A model generated the notes under the pieces. It was not told where the DNA came from, did no database searches, and saw only the letters and a program-made list of their open reading frames with translations. A stretch of 57,098 nucleotides of DNA from a virus. Its lineage: Duplodnaviria; Caudoviricetes. This document shows positions 18,692-28,900 of the stretch, in pieces (the first letter of the stretch is position 1; the number at the start of each line of letters is the position of its first letter). Where the stretch lies: positions 1-57,098 of IMG/VR virus record IMGVR_UViG_3300042934_000352. One strand, given 5' to 3'. A program made the position numbers and the translations under genes.

Positions 18692-18816
18692 TTCCTTAAA
18701 AGTGTGATTTATTGTTCGTTACATAGAACAAGTCTGTGAATTTCCAGCGAAATTCCACTCATTTATACCTATATAACGAACAAATATTCCAATAAAAAGT
18801 TTATTTTAACGTGTTG

Positions 18817-19665
18817 TTAAATTCCTTTACGTTTAGCAGCATAAAGTATCGCTACGGCTTCCCAACTTGACATTTCATTCTTCAGAAATTTATCCAGCCA
18901 CATTGTACTTAACGCATCCTTACCGTATCTCTGAATGTCTGTTAAATCTTGTAACTCTGCTTTAACGTATTCTTTAAGTGCAGGTGATAAATTCATTAAT
19001 TCTTCATCTCCTTGAATATCCTCTACTTTTTCTGGTTTAGGTTGTGACTTAACTACAATTTGTTCAACATAAGCAACACCGTAGTATTCACATATACCTT
19101 TACATATCTCAATTGCACATTCTTTCCGGTACTCATCATTGAGTAAATGTACATAATCTTGATTCGAATCCATAAAACCTAATTCAAGTAGTATAGAAGG
19201 CATATTCGTCTTTCTAATCACCCATAAATGCGATCCATCTTTAACTCCTCTATCCTTAAATGCAGTACCTTTTATCACATGTTTATGAACAATATCAGCT
19301 AACTTTTTAGATTCACCTGTAGGCATTCCGAACGTTTCAATTCCACCACCATCAAACCATTTACCAGCAGAAGCATTAGCATGAACAGAAACGAATAGGT
19401 TAACTTTCTTGTCATTGGCTAATTTAGTTCTTTGCTCAAGTGGAGTATCAACATCAGTAGGGGCTATAAGTAATGTCTTAAACCCGCACCGTTCCAACTC
19501 AACTTTCAAATAATTAACTACCGCACGATTAAATAAATTTTCATTCATGTAAGGCAACCCAATCTCACTTGTTTGTTCGTTAGGGAGAAGGGGAGTACGT
19601 TTACCTGAAGTTTCAAGTCCATGTCCATCATCTAAGGCAATTGTAATGTTATTAGGATTTATCAT
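18817..19665 (-). CDS. endolysin, N-acetylmuramoyl-L-alanine amidase (Amidase_3)
   Basis: LDDGHG, E, SVHAN, PSILLELGFM Zn-binding motifs. Confidence 0.92.
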   Translation of the reverse strand: MINPNNITIALDDGHGLETSGKRTPLLPNEQTSEIGLPYMNENLFNRAVVNYLKVELERCGFKTLLIAPTDVDTPLEQRTKLANDKKVNLFVSVHANASAGKWFDGGGIETFGMPTGESKKLADIVHKHVIKGTAFKDRGVKDGSHLWVIRKTNMPSILLELGFMDSNQDYVHLLNDEYRKECAIEICKGICEYYGVAYVEQIVVKSQPKPEKVEDIQGDEELMNLSPALKEYVKAELQDLTDIQRYGKDALSTMWLDKFLKNEMSSWEAVAILYAAKRKGI

Positions 19666-19695
19666 GTTGTTTCACCTACTTTCAGTTAATTTGCA

Positions 19696-19968
19696 TTACT
19701 TAGGTTCGTTATAGTTTAATGCTTTCTCACTGTCAGAAATTGATTTAGTAGTAGGGTCGATTACAACTCCAAGAAAAGACAAATAAACTAACACAGTATC
19801 AACCAATCCCAAAATAATCTTAATAGAGTGATCAACTTCTTCAAGGCTGATGTTTATCAATCCTAAACTAACCAATCCAGCTAATATAGCTTGAATCATT
19901 AATGCAGTTTGTGATAGAAGGGAAGTCACCCATAATTTGTTTCGGAATCTTACTTTCCAGTTAATCAT
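19696..19968 (-). CDS. holin (phiLC3-like)
   Basis: INWKVRFRNK start, two TM segments, DPTT..ISDS..ALNY..PK end. Confidence 0.88.
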   Translation of the reverse strand: MINWKVRFRNKLWVTSLLSQTALMIQAILAGLVSLGLINISLEEVDHSIKIILGLVDTVLVYLSFLGVVIDPTTKSISDSEKALNYNEPK

Positions 19969-19988
19969 TTTCTATTCCTCCTATTTAA

Positions 19989-20414
19989 TTATTTTAAATT
20001 CAATTGAATCAATAACCACGCAGTAATTAAAGTAGGAATGATCATGCATATTCCTACGAGAATCTTAACACCCAAACTAGGGACATGAACTTTACTTGAT
20101 TCATCATTAATCTCTAATTTTTCTACACGTTTATCAATAGTCTCAAACTTCATGTTTAAACCATCTAAATTCTTATCAATACGTGAAAGAGTTTTATCGA
20201 ACTTCTCCATCTGGTCAACTTGTTTTTTACTAGCATCAACTTGCATTTGAAGTATTGTTTTCAATTCTATTAAAGTATCATTCTTTACTTCTTGCTGTTG
20301 TAACTTTCTGTCATGTTCATCTAATCTCGTTTCAACCTTTGTGATTCTCTGGTATAAATCTTCAACCACAGCCAACACTCCAAATCTATTAAAAGGGTAT
20401 CTATATGAAGTCAT
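19989..20414 (-). CDS. XhlA/BhlA-like lysis accessory protein (start probably ~20370)
   Basis: Coiled coil plus single C-terminal TM; upstream of holin. Confidence 0.6.
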   Translation of the reverse strand: MTSYRYPFNRFGVLAVVEDLYQRITKVETRLDEHDRKLQQQEVKNDTLIELKTILQMQVDASKKQVDQMEKFDKTLSRIDKNLDGLNMKFETIDKRVEKLEINDESSKVHVPSLGVKILVGICMIIPTLITAWLLIQLNLK

Positions 20415-20533
20415 TTGTGGTACAATCTAAATGACTAGCGATAGTCAAAGACACTACTTTTCCTTTCTGTGTGGTTAGGGGAGTAGCGTCTTTTTTTGTT
20501 TATATTTAGTTAATTTTTATTGGCTTAATTTAA

Positions 20534-21544
20534 TTAATTCGTTATCTGTTTCCAATCAGCAGTAGAAGAAGTACCAACCGCTAAATAACCAATACTGCCA
20601 ACAACAGCAATTTGACCGACAAATTGAGGGGTTGAAGTTATATTGGTTGATACAGCAGTTCTATTGATGATTGAAGTTGTGCCTTCATTCCAAATCGCAT
20701 AAACATCAGTACCAGTCGGAATTACCTCGAAAAAAGTTATAGTGGTTTCACTACTTTCTGTGAAACTTATTCCTCTTGCTTGTGGAACTCCTCCAACCCA
20801 TACTTGTATATTACCTCCACCGATTGCATAACTTCCGTTTGACAAGGTAAAAGTTTTCTGTCCAGATGTTGCCACCCATGATTGGTCTCTAATTGTTGTT
20901 TTGGGTGCAACAACATCCCAATAGGTAGGGTTTGTTGGAATAACACCTAAAGCGTTCTGCTTACAGAAGTAATTTACACCTCCATAAGAAATTACGTTAC
21001 CTTCTAAATACTGAGTAGTAGGGGAGTAATCACCTTTATGACCGAATTGATCACGAATCGCACGAGCGTAGTCACCTGATTCTTGAGCATACTGTGCTTT
21101 TTCTTGTGCGGTAGATTTAACGGTATCAACCTCGATAAATAATTCCTGTAATGCACTGTAACCTTCTTCTGAAGGGATACCTTCCTCGTAATCTTTTAGA
21201 ATACGTACCATGAATGGACGAGTTGAAATCCTAGATTCACCTAGAAATAAAGAAATACTAACCTCTAAATTCCCTGCTAATTCCATTTCCGTACTGCCAA
21301 AATTGTACTTGATTTTTTGAGTTTCAGTATCATATGTGGCTAGACCTGTGATGATTTTCCCATCAGGTCTTTTCATGTTAATGACATAACGATCAGCCGA
21401 AGCGAAATCATACGCTTTTCCGTTATCCATTAGTGTAATGAAAAGGGTAGATGTGTCATTTTGAATGAATGTAGGGATTTGACTAGCAACCGCAATTTGC
21501 TTTTTGAGGTCTAGTGTAATATTAAAATTTTGTTGTAATGCCAT
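20534..21544 (-). CDS. BppU-family baseplate upper protein / fibre
   Basis: FIQNDTSTL...KRPDGK BppU domain; KGDYSPTTQY..GNVISYGG repeat; C-terminal PQFVGQIAV...DWKQI. Confidence 0.75.
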   Translation of the reverse strand: MALQQNFNITLDLKKQIAVASQIPTFIQNDTSTLFITLMDNGKAYDFASADRYVINMKRPDGKIITGLATYDTETQKIKYNFGSTEMELAGNLEVSISLFLGESRISTRPFMVRILKDYEEGIPSEEGYSALQELFIEVDTVKSTAQEKAQYAQESGDYARAIRDQFGHKGDYSPTTQYLEGNVISYGGVNYFCKQNALGVIPTNPTYWDVVAPKTTIRDQSWVATSGQKTFTLSNGSYAIGGGNIQVWVGGVPQARGISFTESSETTITFFEVIPTGTDVYAIWNEGTTSIINRTAVSTNITSTPQFVGQIAVVGSIGYLAVGTSSTADWKQITN

Positions 21545-21619
21545 CTTTTCACCTTCCTGTAAATGTGGTTGTGAAATATAAAAAGAGAGCCTTATAGACT
21601 CTCTGAAATTTGAGTTTTA

Positions 21620-21817
21620 TTAAGCTGTTGGTTCAGCAGGTGCAATAGTAACAGGGACTATAACTTTTACGGTAGAACGAGCCACGATAAGCCCTGAGAT
21701 ATTTACAACTGTGAGAGCATTATTATTAAGTAATTCTGTCATTTTCACTGAATCGTAATTTTCTAAGTTAACAGTGTAAGATGTTCCATCGTGTAACTTT
21801 ACTAAAATCGCTTGCAT
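21620..21817 (-). CDS. small tail-associated hypothetical protein
   Basis: 65 aa, AGGAGG RBS. Confidence 0.65.
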   Translation of the reverse strand: MQAILVKLHDGTSYTVNLENYDSVKMTELLNNNALTVVNISGLIVARSTVKVIVPVTIAPAEPTA

Positions 21818-21843
21818 GTATTTTTCCTCCTAGATAATTTATA

Positions 21844-22686
21844 TTAAACTATTGAATTTAAAGCAGTTTTAAGATTTACAAGCTTACTATAATAACCGCC
21901 ACTTTGGTCTACGGTAGCCATTGGGCTAATTGCACTAACCGCTTGATTATATAAACTCCATACATTCGCTCCACTTGTAGCAGATGTAAAAGTAAATTGA
22001 TTTCCTTCACCTAATTTATACTTACGAAACTCATTGATTCGTAATGTAAATTGATTCCATTCATCATGGCCTACTATGGCTAATGGAATTGTTTCAGCAT
22101 AAATGTCACTAGGGTTAGTTTGCTTTGAACTTACTAAAGTTGACCATGACCAATTAGATGGTCTACTTCCAGTACCACTACCTTTTAATGGTACGTCCCC
22201 AGAATAATAAGCTGTTCCGCTTGTACTAGTTGTAGCAGTATCACCGTTATATGAACCATTGTGACTAGGAGGGGAGGGACTGCCACTAACACTGTCTAGA
22301 TATAATGTTCCTGCATATGTTCCGTCATCATATGAAATAGAGGGACTTGCGTTATCTGTTGTGCTAACTGCACCCCAAATATAAATCGGATCGCCACCAG
22401 ATGTAGTAGTTACGTCTGCCATACCTGACCCATTAGTGGTAATTGTCGCACCGTCTTGACTGCTACCCCCCGGATAAGGTGGGGGAGTAGTTTCTACGAA
22501 ATTAGTACCTTCATATTGGAGTGCTCCATCTTTTGCCCAAGTGTCATACATTGCACTATATACCCATCTCTGAGAGGTGACGACACTTTTTCTTTCAGTT
22601 GTGGTTGTAATGGGAGTTGTGCCATTTTGAACCCATTCCCAATTTGTCGTAACAGTGCATGACCTAGAATCATATTTCATTGTCAT
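21844..22686 (-). CDS. tail-associated S/T/G-rich protein
   Basis: 280 aa directly downstream of the tail tip gene. Confidence 0.6.
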   Translation of the reverse strand: MTMKYDSRSCTVTTNWEWVQNGTTPITTTTERKSVVTSQRWVYSAMYDTWAKDGALQYEGTNFVETTPPPYPGGSSQDGATITTNGSGMADVTTTSGGDPIYIWGAVSTTDNASPSISYDDGTYAGTLYLDSVSGSPSPPSHNGSYNGDTATTSTSGTAYYSGDVPLKGSGTGSRPSNWSWSTLVSSKQTNPSDIYAETIPLAIVGHDEWNQFTLRINEFRKYKLGEGNQFTFTSATSGANVWSLYNQAVSAISPMATVDQSGGYYSKLVNLKTALNSIV

Positions 22687-22696
22687 AGTCTGTCAC

Positions 22697-25129
22697 CTAC
22701 CCGAACACAACATTGATATTTAATCCGAAAACTTGCGTACCTGTAAAATCAACCATTGAACCGGGTTCAAATGTCACTGTATTAGCCGATAACATCATAA
22801 TCCCATTCGAACTTTCGTAAATTCCTGAACCACCTGAAAATTTATACCACGCACTTGAAGTTATATCAGCAGTCATAGTACCAGCCGTAAGTTTATCCAC
22901 ACTAAGACTTTCAATCATCGCATTGGTGATTTTGGCTGTACCAGCTACTAATTGGTCAGTAGTGATACTATCAACGAATTGACCGTTAATTTTGGTTTTG
23001 TCACCTGTGAGGACGCTCTGACCATTTACCGTAATTTCTGTTGCGTCTAAACGACCTTTGAGGATTAATTCATCTTCGTTGCTGTCATAGTATAATTTGT
23101 CTTGGTACACACCGTTCACTTTCGCTTGAAACTTAAGACCGCTATCCACATCTAATAGGACACGTTTTTTACCATCATCTGTAGAAGTTATTGTAAAACC
23201 ATTGCCATCCATGACGTAATTCCCAGACTCATTCTGGATAACTAAATTATTACCAGCAATTATTTTTCCGTACAATCTTTCACTCACTACACCTTCTGAC
23301 GTTATTGCTGTCTTGAATGTGTTGGAATTATCATTGCTTAGCCCAATTACACCGTTGTTCATACGAATTAATTTGTTTGGGTCATCCGAACTCGTAATAG
23401 TAATTCCTCGACCATTTATTTCTACGGAGTTATTAAGTCCACCAAGTAGGGAACGTTTTGCACTATCCCAAGCATTGTTTATTAAATCACTAACATCATT
23501 TTTTACTGTGTTAATCTGATCCCACTTATACTTATTCATATTAACTCTATTTCCAGTTGAGATTGAACCGTACAATAGTTTGGCTAACTTATCCTCGTCA
23601 CGTTGAATATCCTTTGTATTAGCAAATGTGACATTAATATTAGATGATCCGTCATGATCAATTTCTAACTCAATCAACTGAGTTTCCACATCAATTCCAA
23701 ACCGTTCATAATCAATATAGAATTTATCGCCAATGACAACTTTTTTCCAATCCTGTTTACCTTCGAGCAACTTGAAAATATTGATGATGTTGGTTGTGAT
23801 AATTTCTTTCGGTTTCTTTAAATCTTCAAACACCTTTAGAGCATCATTATACAATTCTTCATCATTCGTATAATTTTGGTCTTCCCATTCTTCTTCAATA
23901 ATGTAATCGTCCAACTCTATAATTTGAGCTGCGGTTAGATTATTTTCAACGGAGAGGGTAGTTTTCAGATTCGCAATTTGCGTATCGACACCTTGAATTT
24001 GTGTGATAACTGTTGCGATTTCAGACTTCTTAGTAGCGATTAAACCATCTAATTCAGTCTTTCTAGCCAACTCAACACTTGCATCCGAACCAGTAGATTG
24101 TTTCAAGTCAATAGCGTTAAGCACTGTTTTTAACTCAGTCTCTAAGGCTACTAACTCGAAATCTTTCTGTATGAACTGACCTTCGTAAGTTTCCTTCTGA
24201 GATAGCAAACTATCAAAGCTTCCTTTGTTGCTCAGAATCACATTCTGATAGTCTAAGAGGGCATTACACAGGCTATCACTCATATATACGCTAGATGAAA
24301 GGACGTTTTTATTGGAATCACGTTGGAAGCCTTGCATGAAGTAGGATAAGTCCTCAATGTAATCCGTCCCTAATGGATTAATACGATTAATAGACAACCC
24401 ATCTTTACCGTACACTCTTAATCTAGTTACAATTTCATCCGACTTTTCTTCCTTGTTAATTGACTTCATATACTTACGTTCTGATACACGGAATCCTTTA
24501 TTGATACCGACATTTTCCTGTTTCACTAGGCTGAATGATTTATTAACCGTATCCCATTGAATAATTGCTCCGAATGTTTCAGCCACATTGAAAATTGCAT
24601 CGAGAAGGGTAGTACCTGAGAAATCGAATGAACGATATTTTGTAAGAAACTCTGAATCAATGTAACTTATTGACCAAGCCGAATCGGAAAGTAAGTCATT
24701 TAACACTTGTTGAGCATTGAGGGAATCTTTGACAAATTCACCGTTTAAGTAAACTCCTGCCCACGTTTTAATTTTCTTGTTCTTCAGTTGATAACCTAAA
24801 CTTTTTAATTGAACAGTAAGGAATGATTTACCGTCATCTGATGTGGCTTTTTGTAAGTTGGAAACAATGTACCATTCTATTTGATCACCAAATGTTGCTC
24901 GAATGTGATACATAGACTTTAACTTGTTGATGATAGGGTGCTTAATGGGATTCCCATCTTTATCAACCTTCATATAAGGAACAACAAAATCAATCTCATT
25001 TATTTGACCTAGTTTAATACGGGACTTACGGTTAAAAGCATCTGTTACACGCCCAACAATCGTTCGGTTAGGTTTAGCTATTTCTAATGTTAACTTTGGT
25101 AATAATTCGGGATGAACATATTCAATCAA
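22697..25129 (-). CDS. tail tip / Tal-like (prophage tail endopeptidase-family) protein
   Basis: EIVTRLRVYGKDGLSI..INP.G..YIED motif, coiled coil, FKTAIT..GV..ERL.G; follows Dit (SPbeta YomG-like position). Confidence 0.78.
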   Translation of the reverse strand: MIEYVHPELLPKLTLEIAKPNRTIVGRVTDAFNRKSRIKLGQINEIDFVVPYMKVDKDGNPIKHPIINKLKSMYHIRATFGDQIEWYIVSNLQKATSDDGKSFLTVQLKSLGYQLKNKKIKTWAGVYLNGEFVKDSLNAQQVLNDLLSDSAWSISYIDSEFLTKYRSFDFSGTTLLDAIFNVAETFGAIIQWDTVNKSFSLVKQENVGINKGFRVSERKYMKSINKEEKSDEIVTRLRVYGKDGLSINRINPLGTDYIEDLSYFMQGFQRDSNKNVLSSSVYMSDSLCNALLDYQNVILSNKGSFDSLLSQKETYEGQFIQKDFELVALETELKTVLNAIDLKQSTGSDASVELARKTELDGLIATKKSEIATVITQIQGVDTQIANLKTTLSVENNLTAAQIIELDDYIIEEEWEDQNYTNDEELYNDALKVFEDLKKPKEIITTNIINIFKLLEGKQDWKKVVIGDKFYIDYERFGIDVETQLIELEIDHDGSSNINVTFANTKDIQRDEDKLAKLLYGSISTGNRVNMNKYKWDQINTVKNDVSDLINNAWDSAKRSLLGGLNNSVEINGRGITITSSDDPNKLIRMNNGVIGLSNDNSNTFKTAITSEGVVSERLYGKIIAGNNLVIQNESGNYVMDGNGFTITSTDDGKKRVLLDVDSGLKFQAKVNGVYQDKLYYDSNEDELILKGRLDATEITVNGQSVLTGDKTKINGQFVDSITTDQLVAGTAKITNAMIESLSVDKLTAGTMTADITSSAWYKFSGGSGIYESSNGIMMLSANTVTFEPGSMVDFTGTQVFGLNINVVFG

Positions 25130-25142
25130 TCCTTTTCACCTC

Positions 25143-25916
25143 CTAGATGAACCGTTTAGATTGATAGGTAAAGGTAATCTTTGCGTTACCTGTGACTTTT
25201 AAGTTATTTGTTCCAGCTACAAGTGTAAGGAACTTATTATTGAAATTGTTGTAACGGTGAGTGTTAGGTAGGGAAGTGGCAATATCTTCGTTGTAACCGT
25301 CAATCGTAACGACTTCGCCATCTAACAAACCTGTGATTTTCGTTTCAACTTCTTCATAAGAGTGATTGATAATGGAAATGTCTCCTGTACCAGTTTTCTC
25401 TATTTTTATAGTAGGGAGACAGTCTGTGTGGCCGATATTGAATAATTCAATTTCTTGACCTAGAGTGTTGTTTGTAAATGTAAAATCTCTTTCATCAATC
25501 GGTGTGAATGAGAAAGGGGAGTTACATCTCATGTTTAGGGTAACGTAGCCTTGGGATAATCCAGCGTGAAATAATCTTGGATCACCTTCATAGACACAAT
25601 AGAATATACGACTAATATCTTCATCAAAAATAAGCGGTTGATATGTTTTTTGATTCAACCAACTGACTACTTCATGCAATTTAAACTCATCCCATTTATC
25701 CTCAAAAAAGATAGTGATAGGGAAGGAGAGGGGAGAGTATTTAAAGCCCATGAAATAAGGCTCATCTCTACCAAATGTTTCTTCTTCGATAATAGACCGA
25801 TTAGCCATGAAACTTTCTTCAAATAAACCCGAACTCATATGGACACGTAAGATGCCGAATTCACTTGTATGTCGATTTCCATACCAAAATCCAGTTGATT
25901 CGCTTATTGTAGACAT
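25143..25916 (-). CDS. distal tail protein (Dit)
   Basis: Directly after TMP; WL...YQPLIF...YC, CNSPF, FLTLVAGTNNL. Confidence 0.78.
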   Translation of the reverse strand: MSTISESTGFWYGNRHTSEFGILRVHMSSGLFEESFMANRSIIEEETFGRDEPYFMGFKYSPLSFPITIFFEDKWDEFKLHEVVSWLNQKTYQPLIFDEDISRIFYCVYEGDPRLFHAGLSQGYVTLNMRCNSPFSFTPIDERDFTFTNNTLGQEIELFNIGHTDCLPTIKIEKTGTGDISIINHSYEEVETKITGLLDGEVVTIDGYNEDIATSLPNTHRYNNFNNKFLTLVAGTNNLKVTGNAKITFTYQSKRFI

Positions 25917-25957
25917 TTATTCACCTCCAAAAGAAAAAGAGGAGCAATTAAGCCCCT

Positions 25958-28900
25958 CTACAGTACACCTTTATTCTTTAATTTATTTACTAATGCGTTA
26001 CCTAAGTTGTCGATTTCTGCTCTCGTACCATTAAAATTCTCAATGTGAACAAGATTCTCGAAACTCATTCCTCCACTTGTAGCAGTTTGCTTAGGAATTA
26101 ATCCACTAATCATACCGCTAATAGATGAGAAGATATTCGGAATATTCTTAGGTGGAATTTGTAGCTCACCCGGAAGTGACTTAATCAACATTCCATTTGA
26201 ATCATTAAACATCTTATTCGCTAATTCTGCCAATCGACTACCTTTACCGCCAACAATTCCACCTTCATGGAAAACTCGACCAGTAGCAATTAGTTTACGT
26301 TCAATAATACGTTTCAATACATCTTCTGCACGTTTTAAGTTTTCAAATTCAGCGTTGACACGGAATCCACCATTATCACTTGAAACATTTGCTTTTTCTG
26401 CTCCGTATTGTAACTGTAGAATATCAGCCAATTCTGAAGCTTTTAACCCATCTTTAAATGTACCTGTGATTAGGTTTCCTTTGTTTGAAGTTGTGTTACC
26501 ACCTGTTGAACCTGTATTTCCTGTGTTTCCAGTATTAGTAGAAGGAGTAGGTGTATTTCTGCCCACTTCTAATCCTAAACTTGCCTGAGCATCTTGGACT
26601 GCGTTAATTGAATTAACAACATTCTGCCAACTAGCATCAATTTCCTTTGTTATGTCTTCGTTATACTTTGCGAATTCATCAAGGAAATTGTTTAGTTCAA
26701 TTTGAATATTCGCTAAGTTATCGTGAATGATTTCTTCACGTAAAGCAGCAAATCTTTCTTCATTGTTTAGCAATTCCGAATAATGACGGTCAGTAAGTTT
26801 ACGTTTGTCATCTAATGATTCTTTCTCATTATCATAGGAATCTTGTAAACTTTCCTTTTGCAACTCAATAGAACGGTCATGATTTTTCTCATCAATCTGC
26901 TCCATTAATTCAGCAAGTTGTTTCTGTAACTCTAACCGTTTCACTTTGGCCTCTTGTGAATCATCTAATGAAAGTCGGCTAATTTGAGTTTGAAGGGATA
27001 ACTGCTCCTTCTGCATTTTCGATAATTCTTTATTGTGATCACGAGCAGCTTCTTCCTTATCAAGTAAGGCAACTTTCTTTTGATAAGCTTTTTCGAGAGC
27101 ATCAATTTCATCGTCAATCGCAGCAAGTTTCAAGTCACGTTCAGTCTCAATAGCTTTCTTAACCGTTTCAATTACCTTGTCAGCCATTTCAGCTTTAGCT
27201 TCAGCAAGTGTTTGTTCATTATCACGAATAGCGTCCGTTAATTCGCCATATGAAATAGACAATTCATCGACTTTTTTCTTGAGATTGGCTTTTTCTTCAG
27301 CAGATAAGTTTTCAGTGCGAAGAGCTTTCTTTAACTCTTCACGTTCAAGAATAGTGAATTCCATTTTCTTTTTGTGAATGTCGTTTTGGAGTTTAAGTTC
27401 CGCTTCCCAATCCTTCGAGCCAACCTCATACATAGATTGTCTACGTTGAGAGTCTATGATTTGTTTGTCAAATTTGGATTGAGTTGCTGCGAAATTCTTT
27501 TGGACTTGCTCAATTTTCTTCGCTACTTTTTCCTGTACTTCGGCTAATTCGGCAAGTTTGGATTGGGCAATGTCTGTATTGATTTGGTCAAGGGAAGATT
27601 GGAAATCACGATTATTACTTGTTAAAGAAGAGATGGTTTTTTCATTATCATCAAATTCTTTCTTTAACTCGTTGTATAATCCCTTTTTCTCATTGTTGAG
27701 TTTAGTCGGATCACCCATACCTGAAATGATATTACTGATTTTCTGATTGCGTTCAGCTAAACGTTTCTGTTCAGCGTCATTTACTGTCATTAGATTCTTC
27801 AGAATAGGTTTCTGTTTCTCTAGTTCTTTACGATACGCTTCAGAAGTGTCTTTTAGTTTAGAAAGTTTATGTTCAGATGCGTCCAATTGGTCATTATACT
27901 TCGTTTGTTCTTTTTCATACTTAGATGATGTGTACAGTGATACAGGTGCGTCTCTTCGGCTAGAGGTATTACGTGTTTCTCTTTCTTTTTTCTTATCTTC
28001 TTGCTTAGGTTTATCAGGAGTTAAATACCCTGTAAAGTCGATACCTTTTGCAAGATCATCAATAGCTTTTTTATAGCTACCAGTCTCAACATCTAAATCC
28101 ACTTTAATTTTATTGATTCTATCCATTGCGTTGATTTTATCTTGCAAAGCATCCGTTATTTTGTTATCTTCATTCAGAACTAACTTATCTTTAGCATTAG
28201 CATCCTTAATTTGTTGTGCAATTTCATTGAATTTATCGACTATTTTTTGTAGGAATTCAAGTTCACTTTTTAAAATGTCGATACGATTCTTAGAAGCTTG
28301 AGCAGTTGCTAATAACATTGCTTGTTCTTGTGTAATTTTACCTTGAGCTAGTAATTCGAATGCTTGTTTCAATACTTCCGATGCTTTTATTTCATTTTGC
28401 ATAGCTTCAATATTTATTTCTTTACCTTTAACTAAATGAGGATAAAGTTCTGATAAATAACCAACCGCACTTGCTAACTCATTGGACGAATTCGCACTCA
28501 ACTTTTCAGCTTTAGATAACAGTTGGTAAACACCAATCGCTTCTTTTGCTTGTGTGAGTTGAGATTCAGAAACTCCTAATAATCGTTCTATTGCACTTCT
28601 AAGTTCGTCTGCTCCATCAGCAGCCCCACTAGTTGCGTCACCTAAATCGGCTATTTCCTCAGTCGGAGCAAATGCTAAAGCTGCTTTTAATTCTTCTTTG
28701 GTTTTACCTGTTGACTTAGATAATTTATCAAAATCAATGGATGCCATTACTGCCGCATTACCAGAATGTGTTAGGGAAGTTGCTATTTCGTCTACAATTT
28801 TATCACTTGTGCCTTTAGGAAGTAATTTAATGAGGGAGTTTCTTAGTTCTTCAAATGAACTTTTAACGTTTTCTTTATACTCTTCAAAATGGTCAGCACT

